DNA from: Octopus vulgaris
Taxonomy: Eukaryota
DNA length: 64,000 nucleotides
Assembly (NCBI GenBank): GCA_951406725.2
Contig: OX597817.1
Coordinates: 17,608,001-17,672,000 of the forward strand
Direction: 5' to 3'
Shown: positions 63,072-64,000 of the stretch, piece by piece
Position numbering within the stretch: position 1 is the stretch's first letter
Layout of the letters: every line of letters starts with the position of its first letter
Position numbers and translations under genes: made by a program
The notes under the pieces: generated by a model
The model's database searches: none
Told to the model about the DNA's origin: nothing
Seen by the model: the letters and a program-made list of their open reading frames with translations, nothing else

Positions 63072-63317
63072 ACCTATTTCTTTATTACCCACAAGGGGCT
63101 AAACATAGAAGGGACAAACAAGGACAGACATAGGTATTAAGTTGATTACATCGACCCCAGTGCATAACTGGTACTTAATTTATCGACCCCGAAAGGATGA
63201 AAGGCAAAGTTGACCTCGGCAGAATTTGAACTCACAACATAATGGCAGACGAAATACCGCTAAGCATTTCGTCCAACGTGCTAATGATTCTGCCAGCTCA
63301 CCACCTTATTACCTATG
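63072..63317 (-). mobile_element. SINE family C monomer inserted in integrase
   Basis: 16-bp TSD GTAACTACTGTACCAT at 63056-63071 and 63318-63333. Confidence 0.9.
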
Positions 63318-64000
63318 GTAACTACTGTACCATCCCATCCCAAATCTAATAGACACTTTGTCAATACCTTCAAAAGAGTCCTTAGAAAATCAAATAAGGA
63401 AGTCGTGGATGAGGTGGCTCTACAAGAATTCTTAAGAGTGTACTGTGTGACACCAAATCCAAATACACTAGCAGGTAGATCATCTGCATAACTGATAATT
63501 TGCAAGAAAGGTAAAATCAGTCTTCGATAAAATGCTACCGGGTAAGAAGAGAAAAAGTGCCAGGGAAAACATGGCAAGATTCTTTAAAATTGGTGCAAAG
63601 GTGTATATGAGGGCATACAAGAATGGAAAGCAGAATTGAGAAGATGGCTTAATTACCAAATGCGTAGGTAAAATGATGTATTAGTTAAAAAGTAGAAAAT
63701 GCATACAAAAGAGACAGGAACCAACTGTAAAACAGATTAATGGAAAGTGGATTAGTTCGAGGAATTGATGGAATGGTTGTACAATATGTTCCAAGTCCCA
63801 ACAGACAGAGTTCTTGAAAATAGATGCCAAGTGCAAAAAATATTAAATTGTATGAAAAAAAATCTCAAAAAGAGAGGTTGGGTGAATAAAAAAAAATTAT
63901 TGCTAAATAAAATGACACTTCCTATGAAAAACTTAAAAGGGGAGATGTAGCAATAATTAGTACAGCCCTCCCACATGACAAATGGATAACCTAGTCACTA

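Larger units (their letters stand above)
58860..64000 (+). mobile_element. Decayed Ty3/Gypsy LTR retrotransposon (gag, protease, integrase; RT/RNaseH apparently deleted) with nested insertions
   Basis: Q-rich gag start, FKYEPDEEATFEA|YHIRYEQIF, FKCLIFTQGL, zinc knuckle CFACGGIHLRKIC (about 60942), protease LDTGSDITII (about 61588), integrase IDFAGP, IVSDNGMQF, FVNTFKR; PPT AAAAGGGGAGA then TG at 63946. Confidence 0.88.

Overview
Eukaryotic, AT-rich, repeat-saturated genomic DNA; the SINE/LINE families look like an Octopus (cephalopod) genome (inference, not verified). One host protein-coding gene is supported: a 96-aa HIG1-domain (HIGD1A-like) gene on the + strand, coding exons 52843-52939 and 55500-55693. 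Its first, non-coding exon may lie about 39 kb upstream in a promoter-like island (13.0-14.7 kb), which also appears to drive a divergent minus-strand transcript leaving the left edge. The rest is a mosaic of decayed transposons: RTE, CR1/L2, CRE, R4-like, HERO-like and Penelope retroelements, two Ty3/Gypsy relics, a Tc1 fragment, hAT-, piggyBac-, Merlin- and mariner-like MITEs, Helitron ends, at least three tRNA-derived SINE families and microsatellites. Most ORF-track entries are artefacts of these repeats. Top observations: (1) a hammerhead-ribozyme core in a non-canonical, pseudoknotted strand order in a HERO-like retrotransposon 3' UTR (about 27.0 kb); (2) two independent head-body-body-body SINE trimers with the same junction beside a hairpin loop, suggesting rolling-circle or reiterative copying; (3) an intronic fold-back with about 400-bp arms; (4) minimal hammerhead motifs in Penelope-derived pieces inserted in (TA)n. 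All alignments were made by eye, so repeat boundaries are approximate.
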